32,000 nt of DNA from the NCBI RefSeq assembly GCF_000146505.1, contig NC_017448.1:1260001-1292000 (forward strand), given 5' to 3'. Positions 31,799 through 32,000 of this stretch are shown in pieces (the stretch's first letter is position 1; each line of letters begins with the position of its first letter). The position numbers and the translations under genes were made by a program. The notes beneath the pieces were generated by a model. The model ran no database searches and had not been told where the DNA came from. It worked only from the letters and a program-made list of their open reading frames with translations. The stretch comes from Fibrobacter succinogenes subsp. succinogenes S85. Lineage in GTDB: Bacteria > Fibrobacterota > Fibrobacteria > Fibrobacterales > Fibrobacteraceae.

Positions 31799-32000
31799 TT
31801 ATTCACCGAGGACAAACGCGACGGCTTTTTCGAGGTCCTCTTGCTGGCGTTTATGCACTTCGCCGTAACGAGCAACACCGCGAGAAGCGTACATTGCGTA
31901 AATGTCCGGATCCAGCAATTGAATCATGCGGTTCTTGATTTCGCTCACGGAATACGGGTCAAAGTAAAGTGATGCATTTTCGCAGACTTCAGGCACTGAC
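31799..32000 (-). CDS. Glycosyltransferase (GT4-like) C-terminal fragment, continues past the right edge
   Basis: ...S(V)PEVCENASLYFDPYSVSEIKNRMIQLLDPDIY...GVARYGEVH matches the (S/G)LPEV.GDAA.YFDP C-terminal region of GT4 enzymes. The reading frame stays open to position 32000, and the M in the ORF track is a GTG. Confidence 0.6.
   Translation of the reverse strand, partial: SVPEVCENASLYFDPYSVSEIKNRMIQLLDPDIYAMYASRGVARYGEVHKRQQEDLEKAVAFVLGE

Overview
The window is a chromosomal segment of about 50% GC. The gene content and intergenic repeat style look Fibrobacter-like or FCB-group, but this is unverified.

Core genes:
- dnaE 5' end. It lies on the minus strand, runs off the left edge, and is missing from the ORF track.
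- A GT2 glycosyltransferase.
- A large lipoprotein with four LamG-like domains.
- A minus-strand envelope operon: SAM-methyltransferase, GT4, flippase-like membrane protein, a UvrD-like helicase fused in frame to a PlsC-type acyltransferase, and murI.
- A short RpoD-like sigma-70 gene behind a textbook sigma-54 promoter.
- valS, a purF-like amidotransferase, an MBL-fold hydrolase, and a partial GT4 at the right edge.

Accessory segments:
- (A) 13.76-17.56 kb, AT-rich. It holds a shattered AlbA_2/Schlafen-type regulator pseudogene with a 20-bp perfect palindrome upstream, followed by a single-chain nuclease-methylase-TRD (Type IIG/IIB-like) restriction-modification gene. That gene is bracketed by two related ~80-nt long-hairpin elements.
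- (B) 20.76-25.89 kb. Three tandem paralogous lipoproteins carry six copies of an unrecognised ~200-aa four-cysteine module.
- (C) 25.96-29.19 kb, AT-rich. A tight three-gene minus-strand cassette (Cys-rich Zn-ribbon/coiled-coil protein, signal-less DUF285/BspA LRR protein with ~20 repeats, DUF2971-like protein) sits between convergent core genes. It is bounded by a perfect 40-bp direct duplication of the shared terminator and contains no recombinase.

Segment C is my best candidate for an undescribed system, perhaps a defence or sensor-effector system. Its function is purely inferential.

Other signals are same-oriented heptamer arrays 22-26 nt upstream of two start codons, GTATCAT direct repeats upstream of secreted-protein genes, and a recurring pattern of related terminator hairpins flanking accessory segments.

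All family calls come from motif recognition by eye. No database search was run.
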